Assembly (NCBI GenBank): GCA_964526365.1
Contig: CAZGLB010000002.1
Span: 1 to 38,359, forward strand
Direction of reading: 5' to 3'
DNA from: an uncultured archaeon
GTDB taxonomy: Archaea; Iainarchaeota; Iainarchaeia; Iainarchaeales; CSSED10-239
DNA length: 38,359 bases
Part shown: one piece after another, positions 8,845 to 16,131 of the stretch
Layout of the letters: each line of letters begins with the position of its first letter
How positions within the stretch are numbered: the first letter of the stretch is position 1
Made by a program: the position numbers and the translations under genes
Notes under the pieces: generated by a model
Databases searched by the model: none
What the model was told of the DNA's origin: nothing
What the model saw: only the letters and a program-made list of their open reading frames with translations

Positions 8845-9351
8845 ATGAAAGCAAAAAATAAAGGTTTTTTGAGCCTTGGAGTGTTGTTGTTTGTTTCTGT
8901 TTTCTTGTCTGTGGTCTTAAATGACAGAACTGATAGAAACCTAGACTTTGTTATTGTTAAATCCGGAAATACAAAAAAACACGCAGCAGCAATTAATTTT
9001 GAAGAAATTATTAAAAATGAACTAAATTCTTCAAACATCAATCCAGGCACTTTAAATCTGCAAATAAACACAAGAATTATTGGATATCTAAATGATTTAG
9101 ATAATCAAGAAACATGGTTTATAGAAGACAATATTACAAAAAAAAGAAAACCCGTAACTCTAGCAGAACTTACTTTGATTACTAAAACAATTATTCTAAA
9201 GCCCACACCAAACATTTATATCAAAAGATATACTCTCACTAACGGTCTTTTAAAAAATCAATTTCTTGGTTTTGAGATGCACACAACATATTCAAAAACA
9301 ACCTTTGTTTTCCCAAAGAACTACACTGTTGAGGTGATTGTTTATACTTGA
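8845..9351 (+). CDS. putative prepilin-like protein A (168 aa)
   Basis: N-terminus MKAKNKG|FLSLGVLLFVSVFLSVVL has a basic leader, a Gly and then about 20 hydrophobic residues. First gene of a four-ORF overlapping cluster. AAGGT lies 5 nt upstream of the ATG. Confidence 0.45.
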   Translation: MKAKNKGFLSLGVLLFVSVFLSVVLNDRTDRNLDFVIVKSGNTKKHAAAINFEEIIKNELNSSNINPGTLNLQINTRIIGYLNDLDNQETWFIEDNITKKRKPVTLAELTLITKTIILKPTPNIYIKRYTLTNGLLKNQFLGFEMHTTYSKTTFVFPKNYTVEVIVYT

Positions 9352-9563
9352 ATAGAAAAGGAATTATAAGTTTGGAATTTATCTTGTGTGTTTTAATAAT
9401 CTTATTAGTCTTTGGGTTCTTTATAGAAATCAACTTAAAATTTAAAGAAAGACTAGAAGATCTTCCTGGGCTTTCTAAAAGACTAGAAATTATAAAAACA
9501 CAATATTACAAAGAAAATAGTTGGGAGAAATATGAACAAAAAAGCACAAGTTATGGTGATTGA
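9348..9563 (+). CDS. putative prepilin-like protein B (71 aa, TTG start)
   Basis: MNRKG|IISLEFILCVLIILLVFGFF has Ser at +3 and Glu at +5 after the Gly, as in class III/type IV prepilin signals. The start overlaps the stop of ORF A (TTGA). Small size and the non-ATG start lower my confidence. Confidence 0.35.
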   Translation: MNRKGIISLEFILCVLIILLVFGFFIEINLKFKERLEDLPGLSKRLEIIKTQYYKENSWEKYEQKSTSYGD

Positions 9564-9939
9564 TGTTTTGTTTTTTTCTCTTTGTGTAATCTTTATTGTT
9601 TATTTTGAACTGTTGTTTTTTGAAAGCCAAGCTTTAAGTGTTAAAGAAAATAAAGAAGAAATCACAAATTTAGAAACTCTTTTATTCATAGATCAAATGA
9701 TTACTGATTGTAATTATCTTGCATATTCTAAAGAAACTTACAAAAGCCTTTGTTATTCTAATATTTTGAAATTAAATATTTTAAATTTTGAAAGCGAGCT
9801 TAAAAAAAATAATATTTGTAGAATTAGACTCTCTAAATTACCAATATATCAAAAGGCTGGAGAGATAAGACAAACACTTGAGAGAGGAGTTGTGATTAAT
9901 GAGAATTTTGAAGTTTTGGAATTTGGATTCTGCAAATAA
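9532..9939 (+). CDS. putative prepilin-like protein C (135 aa)
   Basis: MNKKAQ VMVIDVLFFSLCVIFIVYF. GGGAGA lies 4 nt upstream of the ATG. The K-A-Q-x4-D-x-L-F motif is shared with ORF D. Confidence 0.4.
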   Translation: MNKKAQVMVIDVLFFSLCVIFIVYFELLFFESQALSVKENKEEITNLETLLFIDQMITDCNYLAYSKETYKSLCYSNILKLNILNFESELKKNNICRIRLSKLPIYQKAGEIRQTLERGVVINENFEVLEFGFCK

Positions 9940-10291
9940 GGCGCAAATCTTTGCTATTGATGCGTTGTTTGCATTAATCTTTATTGCCTTGTTGATCTTG
10001 GTTTTAAAAAGCAATAACCAAATAATGGAAGACAACTTAGAACTACTAAAAATGCAAAAGATAGACGATCTCTTAATTACTGCACAATATCTTAAGATTG
10101 ATGGCTTTCCAGAAATTGAAAGAAACTATAGATTGTTGTTTCCAAGCACTCCTGGGTATATAAAAATAAATAACACAAAAAAAGAAATAAACATAACAAA
10201 CTTTGAAAAAACAAAGATAATCTCTAATTCCATAAAGTATATTAATAATTCTAATAATAAGATATATATAGAAATTGGAGTTTATAGCTAA
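9899..10291 (+). CDS. putative prepilin-like protein D (130 aa)
   Basis: MRILKFWNLDSANKAQ IFAIDALFALIFIALLILVL. GAGGAG lies about 9 nt upstream of ATG 9899. It overlaps ORF C by 41 nt, and an alternative TTG start at 9923 would reduce that overlap. Confidence 0.4.
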   Translation: MRILKFWNLDSANKAQIFAIDALFALIFIALLILVLKSNNQIMEDNLELLKMQKIDDLLITAQYLKIDGFPEIERNYRLLFPSTPGYIKINNTKKEINITNFEKTKIISNSIKYINNSNNKIYIEIGVYS

Positions 10292-10295
10292 AAAT

Positions 10296-11033
10296 ATGTT
10301 TTACATTATTGGCGTTGGTTTAAACACTAAGCAATTGACGCTTGAAGCATTGACAGCAATAAAAGAATGCACAGAAATTTATATTGATAACTATACAAAT
10401 ATTTTTTCTGTTGGTAACATCGCAGAACTAGAAGAAATAATTGGAAAAGAAATAGTTTCTTTAAACAGAACAGAACTTGAACAAGAGAAGAGGTTTCTAA
10501 AAGACGGCTCTTGCCTTCTAGTTATTGGTAACCCCTTTTCTGCAACAACCCACTATACCTTAATTGAAGAAGCAAATAAAAAAAATATTAAAACAAAAAT
10601 TATCTCAGGAATATCAATATTTAATTATAGAGGAATCTCTGGGTTATTTGAATATAAGTTTGGAAAGACCACAAGTATCGTCTATCCTGAAGGAAACTAC
10701 AAGCCAATAAGCTTCTATGATAATATTATTGATAATCTTAAAATAAACGCACACACTCTTTGCCTTCTTGACATCAAAACCACACAAAATCGATTTATGA
10801 GCGTCTCTGAAGCATGCCAAATACTTGAAGAGATAGATAACGAAAAAGACAAACAACTAACAGTTGCTGTTTGTGTTGCACTCTGCGGGATTGCTGGAGA
10901 CAATCAAGAAATAATTACTTTTGATTTTAAGGATTATAAAGATATTAAAAGCAAGAACTTTCCACAAACCTTAATAATCTGTGCAAAACTAAATGATTTT
11001 GAAAGAGATGGTATTAATGAATACAGACGTTAA
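10296..11033 (+). CDS. dph5: diphthine synthase (Dph5)
   Basis: MFYIIGVGLNTKQLTLEALTAIKECTEIYIDNYT...LLVIGNPFSATTH is the tetrapyrrole-methylase-fold diphthine synthase signature. I prefer ATG 10296 to the TTG at 10275 given in the ORF track. Confidence 0.9.
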   Translation: MFYIIGVGLNTKQLTLEALTAIKECTEIYIDNYTNIFSVGNIAELEEIIGKEIVSLNRTELEQEKRFLKDGSCLLVIGNPFSATTHYTLIEEANKKNIKTKIISGISIFNYRGISGLFEYKFGKTTSIVYPEGNYKPISFYDNIIDNLKINAHTLCLLDIKTTQNRFMSVSEACQILEEIDNEKDKQLTVAVCVALCGIAGDNQEIITFDFKDYKDIKSKNFPQTLIICAKLNDFERDGINEYRR

Positions 11034-11304
11034 AGAATATTGTTTAAAATATAGAGGGCTACTTGAAAAAGCACTATTAACAATTAAAATTAATATAGAA
11101 AACGAATCCTTCTTAAAAGACATGGCAGACAACTATCTAGATATGGCAAACAACTATCTTAAAGACGGAAAGGTTTTAGAAGACTCTGGAGATTTTACAA
11201 GAGCACTAGCATCATATTCCTATGCTTATGGCTGGATTGATGCAGGCGTTAGAATTGGATTATTCTATGGTGTTGATAGGAATTTGTTTACATTATATAA
11301 ATAG
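11008..11304 (+). CDS. DUF357-family protein
   Basis: The C-terminal ALASYSYAYGWIDAGVRIGL matches my memory of the DUF357 core (YA.GWLDAG). The start is ambiguous (10993, 11008 or 11017), and the gene overlaps the dph5 3' end. Confidence 0.55.
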   Translation: MVLMNTDVKEYCLKYRGLLEKALLTIKINIENESFLKDMADNYLDMANNYLKDGKVLEDSGDFTRALASYSYAYGWIDAGVRIGLFYGVDRNLFTLYK

Positions 11305-11313
11305 TGATTTAAT

Positions 11314-11817
11314 ATGAAAGTGATACTGGAAAAAAACAGCGGACTTGTTAAAGACAATAACCTAAAAAGTCAAATGATACAGAAAGGATTTGGATTTAAA
11401 AAAGCAAATAATCTATATCTTGATCTTTTTGAATGCTTTTACTTTCTTGAAAAAAAGAAGATTATTCTTCTAGATAACAAGAACAAGAAAATTACTTTTG
11501 AAAATCTGGAAAAGATAGGCGAAAAAGAAATTAAAGGGTTTAAAGAAAAGCTTTTAGTGTTTAAGGAACTAACTGAAAAAGGATATGTTGTTAAAGACGG
11601 AAGCATCTTTGGTTTTGACTTTAGAATATATAAAAAATCAAAAGCCGGAGAGCACACCCACACAGAAATGGTTATAGATGTTTTAAAATCAAATACTATT
11701 ACAAAAACAGAACTAATCAAATCAGAAAGACTAGCAACAACCATAAATGCAAAATTTGTTCTAGCAATTGTAGATAAAGAAGAAAAGATTAAACTATTAA
11801 AAATAGAAAAAATCTAA
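11314..11817 (+). CDS. endA: tRNA-splicing endonuclease EndA (short, homotetramer-type size)
   Basis: 167 aa. GFDFRIYKKSKAGEHTHTEMVI...KSERLATTINAKFVLAIV fits the catalytic Y/H/K module (G.DFR.Y...H.HS..LV). Confidence 0.8.
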   Translation: MKVILEKNSGLVKDNNLKSQMIQKGFGFKKANNLYLDLFECFYFLEKKKIILLDNKNKKITFENLEKIGEKEIKGFKEKLLVFKELTEKGYVVKDGSIFGFDFRIYKKSKAGEHTHTEMVIDVLKSNTITKTELIKSERLATTINAKFVLAIVDKEEKIKLLKIEKI

Positions 11818-11819
11818 TT

Positions 11820-12269
11820 TTAGTCACAAGAAACTCTAGAAAAATAAGTAACACACTGTGTGCTTCTAATTTCTACGTCGATTGGTGGATTTGCAACATA
11901 ATCGTCAATAACAATTCTAAAGGAATCTCCTCTATTAAAGGCATTGCCGTCTATTATGTTTGTATTCTCATTAGCAAGATTAGAATCCTCATCAATTAGA
12001 ATTGCATTAATATTTCCATCTGCAGGAAAATCAACTTTTCCTGAATTGACTATAATAAAGGTTAGGGTTTCTGCAGTCGGATTATAGTCGCAATTACTTA
12101 TTTGGATGTCTGCGCCAATACATTTTCTATTTATTGCATTATCCGCATCAGCAGTATTTCTTTGTATGAAGTTTTGACCCCAAGAAAGAAGGATCCCCAC
12201 TAAAATTAGAGCTATAACTATTAATAGTATAGTTGCTATTACTGGGGATATCCCTTTTTTGGTAATCAT
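11820..12269 (-). CDS. archaeal type IV pilin-like protein P1
   Basis: MITKKG|ISPVIATILLIVIALILVGILLSWG is the canonical archaeal pilin N-terminus (Pilin_N/DUF1628 type). It has four Cys, arranged C-x9-C and C-x8-C at the C-terminus. Confidence 0.8.
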   Translation of the reverse strand: MITKKGISPVIATILLIVIALILVGILLSWGQNFIQRNTADADNAINRKCIGADIQISNCDYNPTAETLTFIIVNSGKVDFPADGNINAILIDEDSNLANENTNIIDGNAFNRGDSFRIVIDDYVANPPIDVEIRSTQCVTYFSRVSCD

Positions 12270-12299
12270 GATTCTTCATTATCTGTTATTACTGATTTA

Positions 12300-12758
12300 T
12301 TAACAGTTCTTTAATTCACCAACCGCCATATTTGGACAAGTTTCTGACCAAACTTTTAAAGTGACTTTAGTTGCATCAACATTTGCATCAATACATGTTA
12401 AAGGTTTTTTTTGACCTGGATTAAGTGCTTCGCCATCTGCAACTCCTGTTAAATCATTTGTTCCTGGCGCAGTACTAGATATTACTCCACAGCTAAAATC
12501 GTCTTTTGCAAAGGTATATGTGTCACTAGTATTTGTTATTAAAAATGTCGCAGTATCTGCGGTATTGTCCCAAGAACAATCAGAAATTGCAATTGTTGCA
12601 CCTGAACAAGCATTACTGATTACCTCATTTGCTTGATTTGTTCCTGTTGTTGCAAAGTTTCTACCCCATGCAAGAACAATTGTTACCAAAATTACAGCAA
12701 CTACTACTAAAAGGATTGTTGCAACTATTGGTTCTATTGCTTTCTTTTTATAATTCAT
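12300..12758 (-). CDS. archaeal type IV pilin-like protein P2
   Basis: MNYKKKA|IEPIVATILLVVVAVILVTIVLAWG. A purine-rich AGAGGGG lies 9 nt upstream of the ATG. It has an NTS sequon and six Cys. Confidence 0.8.
   Translation of the reverse strand: MNYKKKAIEPIVATILLVVVAVILVTIVLAWGRNFATTGTNQANEVISNACSGATIAISDCSWDNTADTATFLITNTSDTYTFAKDDFSCGVISSTAPGTNDLTGVADGEALNPGQKKPLTCIDANVDATKVTLKVWSETCPNMAVGELKNC
12570..12758 (-). repeat. 5' block of pilin gene P2 that is near-identical to the 5' block of P3
   Basis: My hand alignment with 13044-13232 gives 11 mismatches and no indels over 189 nt (about 94%). Identity drops clearly 3' of this block. Confidence 0.85.
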
Positions 12759-12776
12759 ATTTTATTACCCCTCTTT

Positions 12777-13232
12777 TTAATTACATCGCGCAATTTCGCT
12801 TGTTGCCATATTTGGGCAAGTTAAAGATCTTACGTTAACTTTTACGGCTGGCGCAGTTATTTCAACAGTTTCGCTTTCTATGGCTGATAATCCTGAACCA
12901 AGACCTGTTACACCGGCAGTAAATTCTACATTATCTGTTAAATCATCTGCATCATAAACCACTACATTAAAGTCGGTTCCTGTAAAGACGTATGTGTCGC
13001 TTGTATTTTTTATTGTAAAAACTAACGCGTTAGTGTCTGAATTCCAAGAACAATCTGAAACTGCAATTGTTGCACCTGAACAAGCATTACTGATTACTTC
13101 ATTTGCTTGATTTGTTCCGCTTGTTGCAAAGTTTTTACCCCATGCAAGAACAATTGTTACCAAAATTACAGCAACTACAACTAAAAGGATTGTTGCAACT
13201 ATTGGTTCTATTGCTTTTCTTTTAATATTCAT
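12777..13232 (-). CDS. archaeal type IV pilin-like protein P3 (candidate major pilin)
   Basis: MNIKRKA|IEPIVATILLVVVAVILVTIVLAWG. A perfect AAGGAGG lies 7 nt upstream of the ATG, within a 71-nt AT-rich upstream gap. It has four Cys. Confidence 0.8.
   Translation of the reverse strand: MNIKRKAIEPIVATILLVVVAVILVTIVLAWGKNFATSGTNQANEVISNACSGATIAVSDCSWNSDTNALVFTIKNTSDTYVFTGTDFNVVVYDADDLTDNVEFTAGVTGLGSGLSAIESETVEITAPAVKVNVRSLTCPNMATSEIARCN
13044..13232 (-). repeat. 5' block of pilin gene P3 that is near-identical to the 5' block of P2
   Basis: See the partner repeat at 12570-12758. Confidence 0.85.
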
Positions 13233-13239
13233 TTTATTG

Positions 13240-13246
13240 CCTCCTT
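13240..13246 (-). promoter_or_regulatory. Shine-Dalgarno sequence AAGGAGG for pilin P3
   Basis: The plus strand reads CCTCCTT at 13240-13246, which is 7 nt from the ATG at 13232. This is the strongest SD I saw in the window. Confidence 0.6.
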
Positions 13247-13303
13247 AATAAATATATAATTTAAAAATATTATTTATATTATTAATAAAAAGATATATAA
13301 AGG

Positions 13304-13786
13304 TTATCTATGACAACCAAAACTGGTTGTTGCAACCAAAGGACAGATTGTTGACCTTAAAGTTACATTTACTAAAGCTCCTGAACTAGAAGTTAATGCT
13401 GCAGTTGTTGGTTCAATATTACCAATAACTATGCCCCCTGCTTCTAATCCTTCCCAGGTCCCTGAGGACAACGTTAAATCTTTTTCTTCGTCCATAAGCC
13501 CTGAATCATTATAAACCATAACTTGAAAGATATCAGAAGAACTAAAAGAATAGGCATTGCTTGTATTTTTTATAGTTAAAAAAATATTTCCGTCATCTGA
13601 AATTATACAATTTGTAATACTAAGAGTTGCTTTATCGCATACATCAGAAATTGATTCATTTGCTCTGTTTACCCCAGAAATTGTAAAGTTTCGACTCCAG
13701 GCCATTACCATAACAATTATCATCACAGAAATTACAATTAATAAAATACTTGTAATTAAAACACTAATTCCTTTTTGATTTTTCAT
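13304..13786 (-). CDS. archaeal type IV pilin-like protein P4
   Basis: MKNQKG|ISVLITSILLIVISVMIIVMVMAWS. It has four Cys (C-x9-C and C-x9-C) and an NTS sequon. Confidence 0.75.
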   Translation of the reverse strand: MKNQKGISVLITSILLIVISVMIIVMVMAWSRNFTISGVNRANESISDVCDKATLSITNCIISDDGNIFLTIKNTSNAYSFSSSDIFQVMVYNDSGLMDEEKDLTLSSGTWEGLEAGGIVIGNIEPTTAALTSSSGALVNVTLRSTICPLVATTSFGCHR

Positions 13787-13803
13787 AAATAAAAACTATT
13801 TTT

Positions 13804-14280
13804 CTAATCACAGCTTGTAGTTGTTGCTGCTTTATCTGAACAAGAACCTACATAAACTCTAACTCTCTGTATTTGCCCTAAACCATCAAGAGCATCAGCA
13901 TCATCTAAAATACTGCTATTTACAGTCATTGCGCTTCCAGAAAAATTAGGAGCAAATGTTGCGTGTTTTATTACGTTATTTGTATCAAAAACTTCAATAA
14001 CTAAATTTTCATCAATGTCTATTGTTGAAGAGTCGTATAGAATTAGACTAATGCCTGTACTTGTGTCGTATCTACAACCAGGTTCAATCAATAAATTTAT
14101 GGAACTACATTTTGACCATTTCTGTTGTGTTTCAGAAACATCAGAAACTGTGTCTCCTGCATTTTGAGACGCCCAAGAATATAAAATTCCAGCAAGAGAT
14201 AAAGAAACAGCAACAAGTAAAATTGTTGCAATCAATGGTGAAACCCCTTTTTGTGTTCTTATTTTTATTTTTGATAACAT
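13804..14280 (-). CDS. archaeal type IV pilin-like protein P5
   Basis: MLSKIKIRTQKG|VSPLIATILLVAVSLSLAGILYSW. It has four Cys (C-x10-C and C-x9-C). Confidence 0.75.
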   Translation of the reverse strand: MLSKIKIRTQKGVSPLIATILLVAVSLSLAGILYSWASQNAGDTVSDVSETQQKWSKCSSINLLIEPGCRYDTSTGISLILYDSSTIDIDENLVIEVFDTNNVIKHATFAPNFSGSAMTVNSSILDDADALDGLGQIQRVRVYVGSCSDKAATTTSCD

Positions 14281-14327
14281 ATTTGTTTCCTATTAATATA
14301 TATTTGGCATATTTATATAAACTTAAC

Positions 14328-15140
14328 TTATTTAATGAATATCATTGAGGCAATAACGTATAGTGGAATAGATATTACTAATAAAATTATAGAATGCTTA
14401 ATACCAGCCATGGCGTTTCCTTCAGAAATCTTACCAATGATTGGACCTGCAAAGCTTGCTTGTATGATTAGAAGATATAAAAAATATGCATTGAAGTTTA
14501 TACTCTCAATTGATACTCCTGAAGTATTAATATCATTAGATTTTAACATTGGCAAAAATACAATTTGAATAGTAAGAATTATTGCAATAAAAATAAAAAA
14601 CATAAAATAAGACGAAAAAACAGTAGAGAACGTTTTTGATCTTCTCTCTTCTCCCATCTCGTCAATTAATTTTACATAATTAGAGACTGCAGAAAATATT
14701 TTAATAAGGTTTCCACCATACTTCATGGTTTCTGCAATAACATTTGCAATTTTATTAAACATAGAACTGTCAATTTCTGAAAAAACTTCAATTAATGAAT
14801 TTTCAAAAGGCACACCAATCTTTATTTGTGCAGTTATTCTTCTTATGTACTGGTTTAATGCACCATAATTGTGATCAGAAAGAACCTCCATTGCAGTAAC
14901 AATATTCATACCGCCTTGAAGAAGATCTTTTAAATCGTCTAGAAAAACAAACAAATTACTTTCTAAAGATCTTATCTTCTTTGTATAAACCATTGATGCA
15001 ATACCAATTGCAATAACTACTGGAAAAATACAGAATATAAAAAATTTAGTATTTAATAAAAATATTCCAAGTATTAATGAACCGATTGCTCCTTTTGCTG
15101 CAGCATCAAGCATATATTCAATTCTTGGACTAAATTTCAT
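14328..15140 (-). CDS. pilus/archaellum-type assembly platform membrane protein, FlaJ/TadC family (second half-size subunit)
   Basis: 270 aa with one T2SS-F-like cytoplasmic domain (LLQGGMNIVTAMEVLSDHNYGALNQYIRRITAQIKIGVPFENSLIEVF...AETMKYGGNL) flanked by TM helices. Confidence 0.7.
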   Translation of the reverse strand: MKFSPRIEYMLDAAAKGAIGSLILGIFLLNTKFFIFCIFPVVIAIGIASMVYTKKIRSLESNLFVFLDDLKDLLQGGMNIVTAMEVLSDHNYGALNQYIRRITAQIKIGVPFENSLIEVFSEIDSSMFNKIANVIAETMKYGGNLIKIFSAVSNYVKLIDEMGEERRSKTFSTVFSSYFMFFIFIAIILTIQIVFLPMLKSNDINTSGVSIESINFNAYFLYLLIIQASFAGPIIGKISEGNAMAGIKHSIILLVISIPLYVIASMIFIK

Positions 15141-15150
15141 TTTTTTCTCC

Positions 15151-16029
15151 TTATGACATGAATTGTAAAATTATTATAAAGAAAATATTAATTAATGGAA
15201 CTAAACCAAAAACACCAATTATTAGTAGTGCTTCTATACTTAAGCCCCCAAGCCCTCCACCACCTATCATCCCAAGCAGCATGATTGAAGAGAAAAGGAA
15301 TAACGGACCAGCAATAACTATTGCAGAATAGATGTCACCAAAGGTTTCTGCTTTCTTATTAAGATCGTCAAGCATTAGCTTATAGGTAAACTGAGCGTGC
15401 TCTGCTTTTTTTTTCATAAACTCTGGTAAAGATCCGCCAGCTTCAATATTTGATTTTAATTCTGTTAGAAATTTCTGTAATTCAGGAGATGGAGTTTTTT
15501 CACATAATTGGTCCATTGCTTCTGGTAAAGACAAACCTAAATCTAGATATCTGTTTATTTTATCAAACTCTTTACTGATAAATGGAGTTTCAGACTTAAC
15601 AGAAGTTGTGTGAAACATTGCTTCTGGAGGCGCACCAGACTCTGCAACACTAGACATACTAAGTATTGCAAGTGGTAGATTGTTTTTTATTTCTCCAACT
15701 TTTGTTCCAACTTTTAAATAAGGATTAACCATTGCATAAATCATTATTATAAATACCGACGCACAAGCAACTATAAATAAAACTTTTAGATATTCTGTAT
15801 ATCCAAATGAAATTAACAATACAGAAAACAAAATTACAAAAACAATTGGAATAAATATTGCATAGAAAAGATATTTTGAAAGATAATTTATTTGATCTTC
15901 TGGTATGTCTGCCTGTATTAGTTTAAATTCTAGTTCCTTTGATTTAAAGGCTTCAGCTAAAGGGATAAATAATGCATATAGTTTATCTTCTAAACTGACA
16001 TCTTTATTACCTGTGGTTTTTGGTGACAT
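15151..16029 (-). CDS. pilus/archaellum-type assembly platform membrane protein, FlaJ/TadB family (first half-size subunit)
   Basis: 292 aa. LPLAILSMSSVAESGAPPEAMF...LGLSLPEAMDQLCEKTPSPELQKFLTELKSNIEAGGSLPEFM is a T2SS-F/FlaJ-type domain. TM helices lie on both sides. Confidence 0.75.
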   Translation of the reverse strand: MSPKTTGNKDVSLEDKLYALFIPLAEAFKSKELEFKLIQADIPEDQINYLSKYLFYAIFIPIVFVILFSVLLISFGYTEYLKVLFIVACASVFIIMIYAMVNPYLKVGTKVGEIKNNLPLAILSMSSVAESGAPPEAMFHTTSVKSETPFISKEFDKINRYLDLGLSLPEAMDQLCEKTPSPELQKFLTELKSNIEAGGSLPEFMKKKAEHAQFTYKLMLDDLNKKAETFGDIYSAIVIAGPLFLFSSIMLLGMIGGGGLGGLSIEALLIIGVFGLVPLINIFFIIILQFMS

Positions 16030-16131
16030 TTTTTCTCTAGCTATAAATATAAATGTTTGATTAAAATATATTTTTCTAAAATAATATATATGTATTTCTT
16101 TTATAAATGTTGTTTTTTACAAAAATCAAGT

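Noticed and set aside
16030-16131. A specific TATA box call for the pilus operon promoter.
   Set aside because: Several TATA-like strings are present, for example reverse-strand CATTTATATTTAT at about 16043-16055, which is only about 15 nt from the ATG. The spacer is uniformly AT-rich, so the spacing does not single out one element without TSS data.
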